A stretch of DNA of 64,000 bases from Octopus vulgaris (taxonomy: Eukaryota). Under the pieces are notes generated by a model. That model saw only the letters and a program-made list of their open reading frames with translations, had not been told where the DNA came from and did not search any database. Shown in pieces: positions 38,437 to 51,073 of this stretch. The translations under genes were made by a program, and so were the position numbers. Position 1 is the stretch's first letter. Each line of letters opens with the position of its first letter. The stretch spans positions 22,630,001-22,694,000 of the forward strand of contig OX597839.1 in the NCBI GenBank assembly GCA_951406725.2. The letters are read 5' to 3'.

Positions 38437-38759
38437 TTCTGTATTGTGTGTATATATGTATGTGTGTATGTATGTATGTTTATTGGGGACACCACTAAGA
38501 TGGGTGTGGAATTAAAGAAGACCTGGCTGCTAATTTTGGCAGGTCAAGACTTCCTTGTTGTCCTATAAATCCATGTCGTTTGTGTTGGGGGTGGTGATGA
38601 AGATGGGTGTTGTGTAAAGGGCCATTATGTGTGTGTGGGGGGTTGGGTGGGGGGTGTAAGAGTTAGAACAGTGGTAGTGGGATGGTAGGGGAATGCAGGG
38701 ATAAAGGATTGCTGAGGGAGTACAGAAGTGGGGGAGAGAGGAGGAGGAGAGGGTGGGAG

Positions 38760-39094
38760 ACACTGGGAATATGGTGGTGGTGGTGGCGTGGCAGAAGTGG
38801 AGATGGAGTTAATGCTGCTTCTGATAGTGTAGTAGTGAGTGTGGTGGTGGTAGTAGCAGTGATGGTCACAGTGGTTGTGGTGGTATTAGTAGTAGTAGTA
38901 GTAGTAGTAGTAGCAGTAGCAGTGATAGTAGTTGTGGTGGTGCTGTACTGACAGCAGCAGTAGCAGCACCAGCAGTAGTAGTAGTAGTAGTAGTAGCAGT
39001 GGGGTGTCATAAAAAAATTGTGGGAAGACCCAGGAGACAACAAAGGTGATAGTTGGGAAATGATGGCAAACAGACTGGAGAGGCTGAAGCTGTT

Positions 39095-39165
<71 letters not shown>

Positions 39166-39790
39166 CTGCTGCAGTTTCCAGCTGATGGCCAGTTTATACA
39201 GAGGAGCTGTCCTCTACCACTTTTCTACATCTTTCCCTCTCTCCCCTCCCTCCCTTTCCGCCTCCCGCCCCACCATCTCCACCGTCAGCTAGAACAACAA
39301 AAGAAGGTCTTGTGTACCTAAACCCATGCAGATGTTTGGTGGCTTTCACACAATTCCATTCAAAAAGAATCGGACCAAACACAAAGAATCAAACTCAATA
39401 TTATGCTTGTGAACACACACACTCACACACACACACACACATACACACACACACTCACACACACACGTGTGTGTTACAACAAACACACTGTAATTGGGGT
39501 ATTGCTTTTTATATCTCATGTACTCACACAGACATATGTATAAGTGTATATATGCATGCACACACACACACACACATATATATATATACATACATACACA
39601 CATATGTATAAGTGTATATGTGCATGCACACACACACACACATATATATATACATACATACACACATATGTATAAGTGTATATGTGCATGCACACACACA
39701 CACACACACATATATATATACATACATACACACACACATATGTATATGTGTGTATGTATGTATGTATATGTATGTCTGTATATATATATG
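38760..39790. repeat. (GTA/GTG)n, (CT)n and compound (CA)n/(TA)n repeats
   Basis: Visible; ~60-bp compound unit repeated at 39530-39750. Confidence 0.9.
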
Positions 39791-39865
39791 AATGAGAAAA
39801 TGAAGACAATAGATAAAATTGACATACAGACGTTATTTATTTAAAGACATTTCAATTCTTGCAGA

Positions 39866-39981
39866 GAAATTCCTATCTACAGCTGTTTCCACACCCAATC
39901 AATTCAATTACAGAAATAAAATTCAATTCAAACTCCCACATTCAAAACCAGTCAATTGGGTATTTCCTCAGAGGGAATTTC
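39866..39981 (-). ncRNA. Hammerhead ribozyme motif with long stem II
   Basis: Minus: gaaattccct-CTGAGGA-aatacccaattga...ttgattgggtgtg-GAAA-cagctg-TA-gataggaatttc. Confidence 0.7.
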
Positions 39982-40060
39982 AAAAGGAAGTCCCAACATG
40001 TAGGATAACCTACAACAAACTCAGATGTGACAAACTGATATATATATATATATATATATA

Positions 40061-40298
40061 ACGGGAAGCTTTATGAAAATAGACAAAAGACGAAGGCAGG
40101 TTTACGGAAATAAACAAAAGACGAAGGCAGGTGGAATACAAACAAACAATGGTATTAGTATGGCGCTCAGGAATATAAATAAAACAAGTCTTTAACGTTT
40201 CGAGCCTACGCTCTTCAACAGAAAGATACACAGAGAAGAAACACAGAAAGAAGGAAAGAAAAAAAAATGTGTGCAGAGACTAGCGAATCAACATGACG
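40061..40298 (-). mobile_element. (TA)n-embedded Penelope-like LTR fragment with a minimal hammerhead (40189-40226)
   Basis: Minus: tcttt-CTGTTGA-a-gagc-gtag-gctc-GAAA-c-GTT-aaaga; (TA)n on both sides; related fragment at 52125-52215. Confidence 0.65.
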
Positions 40299-40329
<31 letters not shown>

Positions 40330-40330
<1 letters not shown>

Positions 40331-40770
40331 CATCATTTAACGTCCGCTTTCCATGGTGGCATGGGTTAGATGGTTTGACTGGATAAGGTAAGATGGAGAG
40401 CTGCACCAGATATCAGTTTGATTTGGCATGGTTTCTATGGCTGGATGCCCCCACTAAGGCCAACCCCTTCTAGGTATCTCCCCTGGCATTTGATGGAGTC
40501 TGTTTTCAGTATATTTCTAGTGTTTATTGTACCTGTGCATCTGCCACACACAAAGACTATTTTCCCGGTTAACTTTCCCCTGATATTGTTGTACCTCTTA
40601 TGTGTCCATAGCTTGCACAGATACATCCTGTGGAGTTTCTGCCTATGACTTTTTCTACATATCGAGCAGGGTCATCTACCTCAAGGAATTTGTGATTTGT
40701 TTGCTTTCCTACTTACTATGACTTTGGTTTTTGCTAGATTAACTCCAAGGTCCTTTGGCTCTAGTCCACA
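40330..40770 (-). mobile_element. RTE-like LINE internal fragment with Cys-rich insert, abutting a family-D tail
   Basis: Minus peptides LGVNLAKTKVIVSRK..PCSICRK..CKLWTHKR..GKIVFVCGRCTG; D tail at 40330-40468. Confidence 0.7.
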
Positions 40771-40814
40771 CCTGAAATTTATTCTCTGTTACTGGTAATA
40801 TATATATATATATA

Positions 40815-40985
40815 TCATCATCATCATCGTTTAACATCCGCTTTCCATGCTCCAATGGGATCTGGCAAGGTTTCTTACAGCTGGATGCCCTTCCTAATGC
40901 CAACCACTCTGAGAAAGTAGTGGGTGCTTTTTATGTGCCACTGGCATGGGAGCCAGTAAGGCGGCACTGGCATCGACCACGTTTG
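40815..40985 (-). mobile_element. Family D retroposon, internally deleted
   Basis: (CAT)n cgtttaacatccgctttccatgc..ggatgcccttcctaatgccaacc. Confidence 0.8.
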
Positions 40986-42140
40986 AAAATGAGATGACAA
41001 AGAAATAAACAATTACCTTATGAAATTCATTAGCTTACAGCTGTTTCGGCAACAAGATAAAATTTATTCATTAATACACACACATATATATACATATATA
41101 TATATGCATACATACATGCACACACACACACACACACATATCACTGTTGTTGTTATGGTAATAAGGAAGTGTCCCTTTCAGCAGGTTATTTAACTCTTTA
41201 GAATTCATTAACTAATTATCTGCATTGTTGTTGTTATGTTACAATTATTTTTGTGATATCTTTTTTCAAGATCTTCCAAAATGTAAAAGTGCTGAGTGGG
41301 AGGGAAAGGGTTAATGATGCGTATGTGTGTGTGTGTGTGTGTGTGTATGTGCATGCATGTATGTATGAATGCATGTATGTGTGTACAGTAGTAAAATATA
41401 TTCAGACATCGGGGGTGGGGGGAGACAAAAAAAAAAACAAGTGGATAGCATAGAATGAAGTACTTATGACATCAACATACATGTGTGTGTGTGTATATGC
41501 ATGAATGTTTGTGTATATGTTTATATATGTATTAAATATGTGTGTGTGTTGTTCTGGAGGGAGAGAGATGGAGACAAGAGATTACATGGTGAAGAGGGCA
41601 GAGATAACCAGATTAGTGCTGTATATTATAGATTGGAATGGGGTAAGGGGTGGAGTGGGGGAGAAGGTAGATTGCTTAATCCTGTTGTCAGTATATGGAG
41701 GGAAGGGGGAGGGTGCAGAGACGGGGGGGAAATGGCGGGGGGGGGGGGGCATGTTTGATTTTTTTTTTTTTGCCCAAGGGCATAAATAACACCTCACCTG
41801 CCTTGCGTGGGGGGGAGGGTGATGGGGGCAAAGTAGGGAAACAGAAGGGCGAAAGCAAAGTTTGGAACAGTGATTGGAAATGATCTGATAAAGATGGAGA
41901 GAGAGAGAGAGAGAGAGGGGGGGAAAGGGCTTAATGACTCAGTGAACAACTAATGAGAAACATTTTGTTTATAATTGTTAACGAAGAAATTAGGTGTCCC
42001 TCCTCACCCACACACAAACACAAACAAAACAACCAAATGGCGGTGCCCCAGCATGGCCACAGCTCAAGAGCTGAAACTGGAAAACATAAACATAAACACA
42101 TCTGCATCATACATTTCATATACACACACTCAACTAGCTA

Positions 42141-42174
<34 letters not shown>

Positions 42175-42605
42175 TTTAAGCACATACTCCTAAAACATAC
42201 ACATGTGTCTCTTCTTCAAGCACACAGAAATGTTGTGTGTGTGTGTGTGTGTGTGTGTGAAGAAAACGTGGGAGGGAGTAAGTTATCCTCAAACCAAAGT
42301 CTTGTCTAAAATGCTTCCAATGCAGTGAAACTACCCCAGGACCTTACTCCTGAAGTTAAACAGGATGAGGGATTTACTCTTTTGAATTTCAACATCAACA
42401 ACAAAACCCAAATATAATTTCCATTTAAATTTTTCTTTTATGCCAACCAGGCTGGAGCACTGCCTTTTAAGGGCTCCCTTCTAGATCCCTTCTCTCAGAA
42501 CGTTAAATTCTTCTTCACAGTATATATAAACCCATCCAAACTCCCAAAACAACCTTCTAATTATTGAATGTCACCCAGTGAAGCAGATGTGCAGCCATCG
42601 TCCAC

Positions 42606-42778
42606 CATCATCATCATCATCGTTTAGCGTCCGTTTTCCATGCTAGCATGGGTTGGACGGTTCTACTGGGGTCTGTGAAGCCAGAAGGCTTCATCAGGCC
42701 CAGTCAAATCTGGCAGTGTTTCTACGGCTGGATGCCCTTCCTAACGCCAACCACTCCGTGAGTGTAGTGGGTGCTTTT
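42606..42778 (-). mobile_element. Family D retroposon
   Basis: Near-identical to 9001-9175. Confidence 0.88.
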
Positions 42779-42979
42779 TAAAATAAAATGTTACGTCTCT
42801 GAGTTAAGAACAGCATTTTGACCGAATAACTTTTGAGTATCTTCTCTATGGTCAAACTCAAGAATCTACCGAAAGAGGCAAGAATCTGCATTGGTAAATA
42901 TTAAACGAAAAAGTTCCTGGACTGTCAAACAAATCCTTTTGGTGCAAAGATTAGAAAGTTTTGTGTTTTGGACTCTTAA

Positions 42980-43424
42980 CCCTTTCATTACCAACCCAGC
43001 TGAAACCACCTCTGGCTCTGCAGTACAAATGTCTTGTTTTCATAAGTTTTGAATTAAAATCTTCCACCAAACCTTAGTCACAATTTATGTTCTAACACTA
43101 GCTTACTAATAATGAAGTTATTTTGCTAAATTCTTTGTTATATTTAACCCTTTCGTTACTGTATTTATTTTGAAATGTTCTGTGTTTCTTTCAATTACTT
43201 TATATATAACAAAGAATTTAGTAAAATAACTTAGTTATCATTAAGCTTGTATTGGGAACATAAATTGTAACTAAGGTTTGGTGGAAGATTTTAATTGAAA
43301 CCTTAAGAAAACAAGACATTTGTACAACAGAGCCAGAGCCGGTTTCAGCCGGGTTGGTAACAAAAGGGTTAAAGTAATCGAAAGAAATACAGAGAATCTC
43401 AACAGAAATACAGTAATGAAAGGG
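42980..43424. mobile_element. P2 MITE with a second P2 MITE (43148-43368) inserted in reverse orientation
   Basis: Four TTAA|CCCT or AGGG|TTAA junctions at 42976, 43144, 43369 and 43425. Confidence 0.9.
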
Positions 43425-44644
43425 TTAAACCTTCATCAGAGAACAAAAAGGAAAAAAGATACTTGGCTGCTTGGCACATGGAAACTTTCTGGTGAAGGGC
43501 AACAACCCCCAAAACGCTACACTTCCCTCTCTCCACACCAATTAAATGATTTCTCATTCCACAAACTCCCCTTTAATATATCCCGATTGTGGCATCACCA
43601 AGATCAGAATATCAAATAAATAAATAAATAAAAGCAGAAACAAACAAACATATAAAAAATATTTAAAAGTAACCAAAAGGAATCCTAAACTTTCCAAGAC
43701 GGATTAATGTCAGTCATTTTCTCTTCTGCTTCTGCTGGCATTTTGGTTGTTAAGAGTTTTAAGATCTGAACCTAAATAGCTTTGATTCTAGCAGACAGTA
43801 CTCTTAGTCACTCGAGGAGTATTTCTGGAGTTCTACCGAAGATAGAAGAGAGACAGAAGAATTCCTAGAAGCTATTTGAGAAAAGAATTTTCATCTTCAT
43901 AGTTTGACATATGAGAAAGGAAAAAAATTGGTGAAATAAAGATACGTGTGTGTGTGTGTGTGTATGCAACACACTTTAACTATGTGTGTGTGTGAGTATT
44001 GAAAATATATATATATATATATATACATACATACACATACATGTGTGTGTAAAAATAGATCCCGCAGTTATGTATGTATCTATAAACACAAAGTTATTTG
44101 GAACTTCTAAATGAAAGGAGCAAATGAGTCTGGAATAAACCCTTTACCATCTGTGTGAATGTGTGTGTGTGTGTGTGTGTGTGAAGTGTATAAATGAGAG
44201 AGTGAAGGAGAGGGTGAGGGGGGACGTATGCATGAGAGAGAAAGAGTAAAACAGTGATTAGTGGTGTCGTTAAGTTAATTGGCAAAGATATGGTAATTAA
44301 AAAGAAAAAAATGAAAACTACATGTATTCTAATAATCTTTGTAATAATGGCAATTTGAAATGATAAATTGCTTGGTTTTAGGTCTCTGCATCCTATTTTT
44401 GAAACAGAATGTCGATAACGATGATAAGAAAAATTCATTAAGAAACAGGGAAAGTTTTCAATTAAAAAGATGCGAGATAAATATAGTTTATAGCAAAGAA
44501 ATGCTGGAAAGAAATGTTGCTTTAAATCTATGGTGATGTGTAGTGGTTTGAATAAACATATTGTTTATTAATAGGACCAAGAAAGTGCCTGATATTTCAA
44601 GCTTCATCTCCTCATCAAGGAAGTAAAAAAATCAGTTCTGTGTT

Positions 44645-45500
44645 CTTTCACTTGTTTTCAGTCATTTGACTGCGGCCATACTGGAACACTGCCTTAAAGG
44701 GCTTTAGTGTTCGCATTATTCTGCCAAAATTAATCCTTTTTTATCCACATTGTTTTGAACTAATCATGCATTATCTTGTAGCTATGAGATTTTGATGAGG
44801 TAGCTGTTAATTTTTAAAACGACATTGTAGGGCTGGTGTGAGAGACCAGACCTGGCCAGTTTGAACATAAAACAGGCAGAATACTTTTGGCCGGATATGG
44901 CCGGTTTAAATGCTAAAGGGTTAAAGGGCTTTAGTCAAAGAAATCGCCCCCAGGGCTTATTCTTTGTAAGCCTAGTAGTTATTCTGTTGGTCTCTTTTAC
45001 CAAACTGCTAAGTTACAGTGACATAAACACACCAACATCAGTTGTCAAGTGATGGTGGAGGAGACAAACACGGACACAACACACACACATAAATATATAT
45101 ACATATATATATGTAAATTGGCACCTGTGCCAGTGGCACATAAAAGCAACCCGGTGTCATGCAGATAGCACTCCTGTCGATGGCACGTAAAAGCACTCAT
45201 TACACTCTGTGGAGTGGTTGGCATCAGGAAGGGCATCCAGCCATAGAAAACCATGCCAAAGCAGACTGGAGTCTGGTGCAGCCTTCCAACTTACCAGCCA
45301 ACCCTTGCTAGCATGGACAATGGACATTAAATGATGATGATGATGATGATGATGATGACATGATGGGCTTCTTTCAGTTTCCATCAATGAAACTCACTCA
45401 CAAAGCTTTGAAGACACTTGTTCAAGGTGTCATGCAGTGGGACTGAACCCGGAACCATGTGGTTGGGAAGCAAGCTTCTTAACACACAGCTATGCCTGCT
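44645..45500 (-). mobile_element. SINE family A interrupted by a P1 MITE (44702-44920) and a family-D element (45118-45358)
   Basis: Collinear SINE pieces flank both inserts. Confidence 0.82.
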
Positions 45501-45744
45501 ACTAAAAATAGCACATACACTTCCCTCAAACCATGGTCTAGAATTTCATAAAAAGTACCCAGTTTGTAATATCAGGGTATCATCATACTTTATAAAACTG
45601 CCTCTGGATAGTTACAACTTTAATACATCGGGTCATAAGTGGAAGTTATACACAAATGTTGGACATCCTTCTTTTTGCCATCATAACTACATTTATTTAA
45701 GACTATCATATTTCCTCTTCCATTATTTATTACCAATATTCTTT

Positions 45745-46073
45745 TCTTCTCTAGGCACAAGGCTCCAAATTTTTTTTTTGTGTGGTGATGGTGGTGGTGG
45801 TGGGGGTTTAAGTACCAGTATGCAACTGGTACTTAATTTATCAACCCTGAAAGGATGAAAGGCAAAGTCGACCTCAGCAGAATTTGAACTTAGAACATAA
45901 TGACAGATGAAATACCTATTTCATTACTACCCACAAGGGGCTAAACACAGAGGGGACAAACAAGGATTGACAAACGGATTAAGCCGATTACATCGACCCC
46001 AGTGCGTAACTGGTACTTAATTTATCAACCCTGAAAGGATGAAAGGCAAAGTCGACCTCGGCGGAATTTGAAC
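45745..46073 (-). mobile_element. SINE family B fragments (two partial copies)
   Basis: ctgaaaggatgaaaggcaaagtcgacctc occurs twice. Confidence 0.85.
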
Positions 46074-47682
46074 ATTTATTACCAATATTACCAGCACAAA
46101 CTACTTTCGAGGTTTATTCCAATTCTGGATTTTGATCTGTTTTTGGAAATATAATGAAGCTGAGCAGTGAGAGAAGAAAACTATAACAATCCAGTATGAC
46201 CATCCAGTGGAAGATGTGTTGTGTAGACTGGTCTAACTATATATCTTTGGATGAATTCATTTTTGGATCTCTGAGATAATGGTTACCATTCTATGCAAAG
46301 CAAGACACACACATACACACCAAGACATGAGACTCAGACACACGTATACACCATCATAAAAATACTGCAACATAGTGTATTTTAGAGACAATTCCATAAC
46401 ACACAAGAAAGATGCAATTTAACTTAGATTTATACTAAGTGCTAACATTCTATCTTAAAGATAGTGTTTTGGTACTTTGTCTCTGCCTCTGTCAGTCTGA
46501 CTGTATACCTGTCTGTCTGTCTGTCTCTCTCTCTCTCTATATATATATATTCTTTTACAGGCTTATTGGATTTCAGCCATGATGGATTACTGCTAAGGTT
46601 TTACGCAATCATGTTCATCAGTAAGTGTGTGTTTACGTGTGTGTATATATGGATGTAATTGTGTTTAGAGTGAAAGAAGCAAGGTGAGAGAGGTGACTGG
46701 TATAAACACACCAAATTGAGACTTAGTTACGCATATTGCCAATTCCACTGTATCAACTTTGTTTTTTTAAAGCAATGTAGTATGTATGTGTGTGTGTGTG
46801 TGTGTGTGTGCGTGCATGTGTGTGTGTGTACATGTGTATGTATAAACATGTGAGTACATATACACACACAGATATATATATACACACACAGATATACACG
46901 TGTTTATGTATACCTATATGTGTGTGTGAGTGTGTACATATATACGTGTCTGTGTACATATATATAAAATACACACATATGAGTTCGTTTTATATGTATG
47001 TATAAATGTATATATTTATATACCGTCAGTGGAAGCAGTTTTCATTCCTGTAAATGAGATACACATACAAACAAAAATATATTTCTTTAACACAGAATCT
47101 GCCAACCAATATCTCTTTGACTGTTCTGTAGAACAGTTGCAGAGCTTTACACCCCAACACCACAGAGAAAATACGGGAAAGAAGGGTTTAAGAAATGCAA
47201 ACCAGGAATCAACAGTAGCTGGTCTTCATTTACCTTTATTTGGGGGCTAGAATTACACAGGTTCTCACACACTATTTTTATATGCATCATTTACAAAATC
47301 AAATCAGCTGATGGTATAGATTTAGCAATTAATATATCAGAGGGAAAAAAATAATGCTTTAGTATCTGTATTTTGTTAATATATTTTGTTTATATATACA
47401 TACACACACACGCACATACATGTACTATTTATATAAACTTTATGATACAGAGTAAATTTATTCATATGTTCTGTAGCATATTTTTGTTAATTTTCAGCAT
47501 TCCCTAATTACCAGCAGATGATTCATATAGTCAGAACTATGTGGGACTGAATAGGGGACAACCAAGGCCAAAATTGCAATCTTGCATTTGAGAGGTCCAC
47601 ATGTTATCCTTACAGTTTATAACTTCTCCACTCCACCCTCAAATTGTCTGAGAAGTGAGAGAATGGCAATATCAAAATATAC

Positions 47683-48094
47683 TTTACTCTCTTACTTGTT
47701 TCCGTCATTTGACTGCGGCCATGCTGGAGCACCGCCTTTAGTCGAGCAAATTGACCCCGGGACTTATTCTTTGTAAGCCCAGTACTTATTCTATCGGTCT
47801 CTTTTGCCGAACCGCTAAGTGACAGGGACGTAAACCCACCAGCATCGGTTGTCAAGCAATGCTACGGGGACAAACACAGACACAGACACACAAACATATA
47901 CATACACACTTATATATATATACATATATACGACAGGCTTCTTTCAGTTTCCGTCTACCAAATCCACTCACAAGGCATTGGTCGGCTCGGGGCTATAGCA
48001 GAAGACACTTGCCCAAGATGCCACGCAGTGTGACTGAACCCGGAACCATGTGGTTTGTTAGCAAGCTACTTACCACACAGCCACTCCTGCGCCT
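47683..48094 (-). mobile_element. SINE family A, young copy
   Basis: Reverse complement of 26670-27074. Confidence 0.92.
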
Positions 48095-48127
48095 ACTGAG
48101 TTAATGATGTTCATGATTAGTTCTTTA

Positions 48128-48290
48128 TAATGTAATAACTCTAAATGTAATAACTATTTAATGTAATAACTCTAAATGCAATAACACTATAACTGTAATA
48201 ACTCTATCATGTAATGATTCTTTAATATAATCTAAATGTAATAACCCTATGATGCAATAACTCTATAAATGTAATAACTTTATGATGTAT
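48128..48290. repeat. ~15-16-bp minisatellite (atgtaataactcta)
   Basis: About ten diverged units. Confidence 0.85.
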
Positions 48291-48752
48291 TATTAGGTTT
48301 ATGATGTATTAAGTCGATTTAAGACATGTTTTGTTTAGACATGCCAGAAACATCAGATTATTTTTGCCAGGGGTGACAATGAAAGTTTGAAGGAATAAAA
48401 AGGAATCTGTGTCAGCCACAAAGGATGAGGAAATACAAAAGGAATTTGTAGGTCCCAATATTTTTTGTTGTATGGTGGAACACGTTGAGAACACCACTAG
48501 GTGTCAGCATGGTGTCTAAGCAGTAAATGACATGTTCACAATCAGAGAATGGTTATTCCACTGACAGCATGAGCCAACGATGTCTGGTAGAAGCCATCAA
48601 AACAATAAGATGTGACCTAAAGGGCAGAGACAGAAAACACCGAGTAGAAACTGGCAGATCCCTCTTGGTAAAATAGGGGACAACAAAGGAAGTGTTGAGT
48701 GCCTTATTCTCACTGTCCAGTACAATCATGTGTGTGTGTGTGTACATATAAA

Positions 48753-49092
48753 AGGGTAAAGACTCCCTCTGGTCACGAATGACCATGCAATTGTGCCTAG
48801 AAAGTTCCCTTCCGAGGCACAAGTCCAGGCAAGGTTGTTTATGGAAGACCAGCAGTCACCCATGCATACCAGCCTCTCCTCACCATGCCATTGATGCTAC
48901 CTAAGGGAAAGGCAAAGGGGCCAATACAGCTTGGCACCAGTTACATCACAACTCATTTCTACAGCTGAGTGAACTGGAGCAACGTGAAATAAAATGTCTT
49001 GCTCAAGAACACAACACACAGCCTGGTCCATGAATTGAACTCACTACCTAATGAATGTGAGCCCAACACACTCACCACTGAGCCATACACCT
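48753..49092 (-). mobile_element. SINE family E
   Basis: Collinear with 20782-21124. Confidence 0.88.
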
Positions 49093-49147
49093 ATACATAC
49101 GTACATACATATAATAATAATAATAATGATAATAATAATAATAATAA

Positions 49148-49320
49148 CGTATTGAGAAGAGCATTGTCGCTGTGAGAACTATTACTACCCCCCAAAAAAA
49201 TGAACGAACTATTGAGTTTAGTTTAATGGCCTACCAATGTATACTATGAGTTTCTTTTCCCTAGGAGTCGGGAAGACACTCGGCAAGAAATGGAAGCAAA
49301 TTTGAAAGAAGAAGAAAAAA
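49148..49320 (+). mobile_element. 5'-truncated Dong/R4-like retrotransposon end inside (AAT)n
   Basis: Starts with VLRRALSL* (49149-49175) then a 3' UTR; (AAT)n on both sides. Confidence 0.55.
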
Positions 49321-49346
49321 ATAATAATAATAATAATTCCTGTTGT

Positions 49347-49470
49347 ATACTTTTTGCACTCATGAGAATAGTGAGATGTAATTAATTTAATTCAATCAAA
49401 TTAATTTTAATTATTCTGCCATGTTATTTACATGTTAATATCGCAGTTCGAAACGATTGTATGCATGTAT
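49347..49470 (+). ncRNA. Mutated hammerhead motif with long stem II
   Basis: tgca-CTCATGA-gaat...gttc-GAAA-cgattg-TA-tgca; G5->C. Confidence 0.55.
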
Positions 49471-49608
49471 TAAAATTCTTTCAAACTTTAACATCTTCTC
49501 TTCTCCATTTTTAACAAATTTGTTGAGTTTCTATGGGATACCTCTCTATAAATTCTCATAACACACCATATACACATGTATATATATATATGTATATATA
49601 TATATGTG

Positions 49609-49839
49609 TTTCTTTATTACCCACAAGGGGCTAAACACAGAGGGGACAAACAAGGACAGACAAACGGATTAAGACGATTACATCGACCCCAGTGCTTAAC
49701 TGGTACTTAATTTATCGACCCCCGAAAGGATGAAAGGCAAAGTCGACCTCGGCGGAATTTGAACTCAGAACGTAACGGCAGACGAAATACAGCTACGCAT
49801 TTCGCTCGGCGTGTTAACGCTTCTGCCAGCACGCCGCCT
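49609..49839 (-). mobile_element. SINE family B
   Basis: Matches 3308-3538. Confidence 0.9.
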
Positions 49840-50467
49840 AATGTATATATATATGTGTGTGTTTTATATATAATGTATATATATATGTGTGTTTTATATA
49901 TAATGTATATATATATGGGTGTATTATATATAATGTATATATATATGTGTGTTTTATATATCTAATGACCACTAAATATGATAATTACACTTCCCAGTAA
50001 TAATGCTGTGCAGATGTAAAGAATCTTTCAAACTCATCCGTCCATTAAACTTTGTCAGTTTATCCCTATAAGATTCTAGCATTTGATGTGTAACCCTTTA
50101 TTAACAAGGGCTGTTAAAGGGTTAACAGCCACAGATATTACACATTACACACACACACACACACACACATTTATATATCTACGTGTGTGCATGTCTCTAT
50201 ATAAAACAGTTTTATTTCATAAAAAAAAAAAAGGGGAGACACAGAACCTCCCCAGAAGATCTCTTACATATCTACACAATTATTTCCTGTTACTCAGATT
50301 TCAGACCTTTTGCAGCCATATTCACTGTATTTAACCTCTCAGAGGAATATATATATATATATATATAACTATACACACACATATATATTTTACAACTTGA
50401 AATAGGACTAAATCACTTCAATATGTCAGATATCCCAAACTGTTTGGGTGCAACACGCATACATGTC

Positions 50468-50503
<36 letters not shown>

Positions 50504-51073
50504 CGTGCGTGCGTGTGTGTATATGTGAGCTCTGAACTGAACAGAAGCAGTCATACATCTAACTGTACACACAAGACATACTATACATTTCTGTGTATAT
50601 ATATATATATATATATATACATTTATTTATACACACTCCAGTGCAGCTGCATCAGAGAAGCGTATGAAGTGTATGTCCTGTTTGCTTTAGATTATCCAGT
50701 CTGATTAAACTGCTCCCCGTATAATCCATAGCCAGGTATTACATTTCAGTGAATCAATCCACCACCACCACCACCACCACCACCATCACCATCATCATCA
50801 TCATCTCTTCTGCTCTCTCTCTCCCTTTTCATTAAACCCTATTTTAGTCAACCTATTTCTTACCATATTTCTATTGAAATACATCCTGCTTTTGTTCCAA
50901 TTAAATTTGAAAATAACGAACAATTAAGTAAAATAATGCTGTCGTTAATAAACTGGTTTTTAAAGCGTAAATTAACATGAGAAGTTGCTGGAGGATTTTA
51001 ATTGAGATCCTTTTAAAGCACGAAGTTCATATTATAAAACCAAGGACAGGATCAGGTGGGTTGGTATTATCAA

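Noticed and set aside
48320-48720. Possible old L2-like LINE remnant
   Set aside because: No motif I could align confidently
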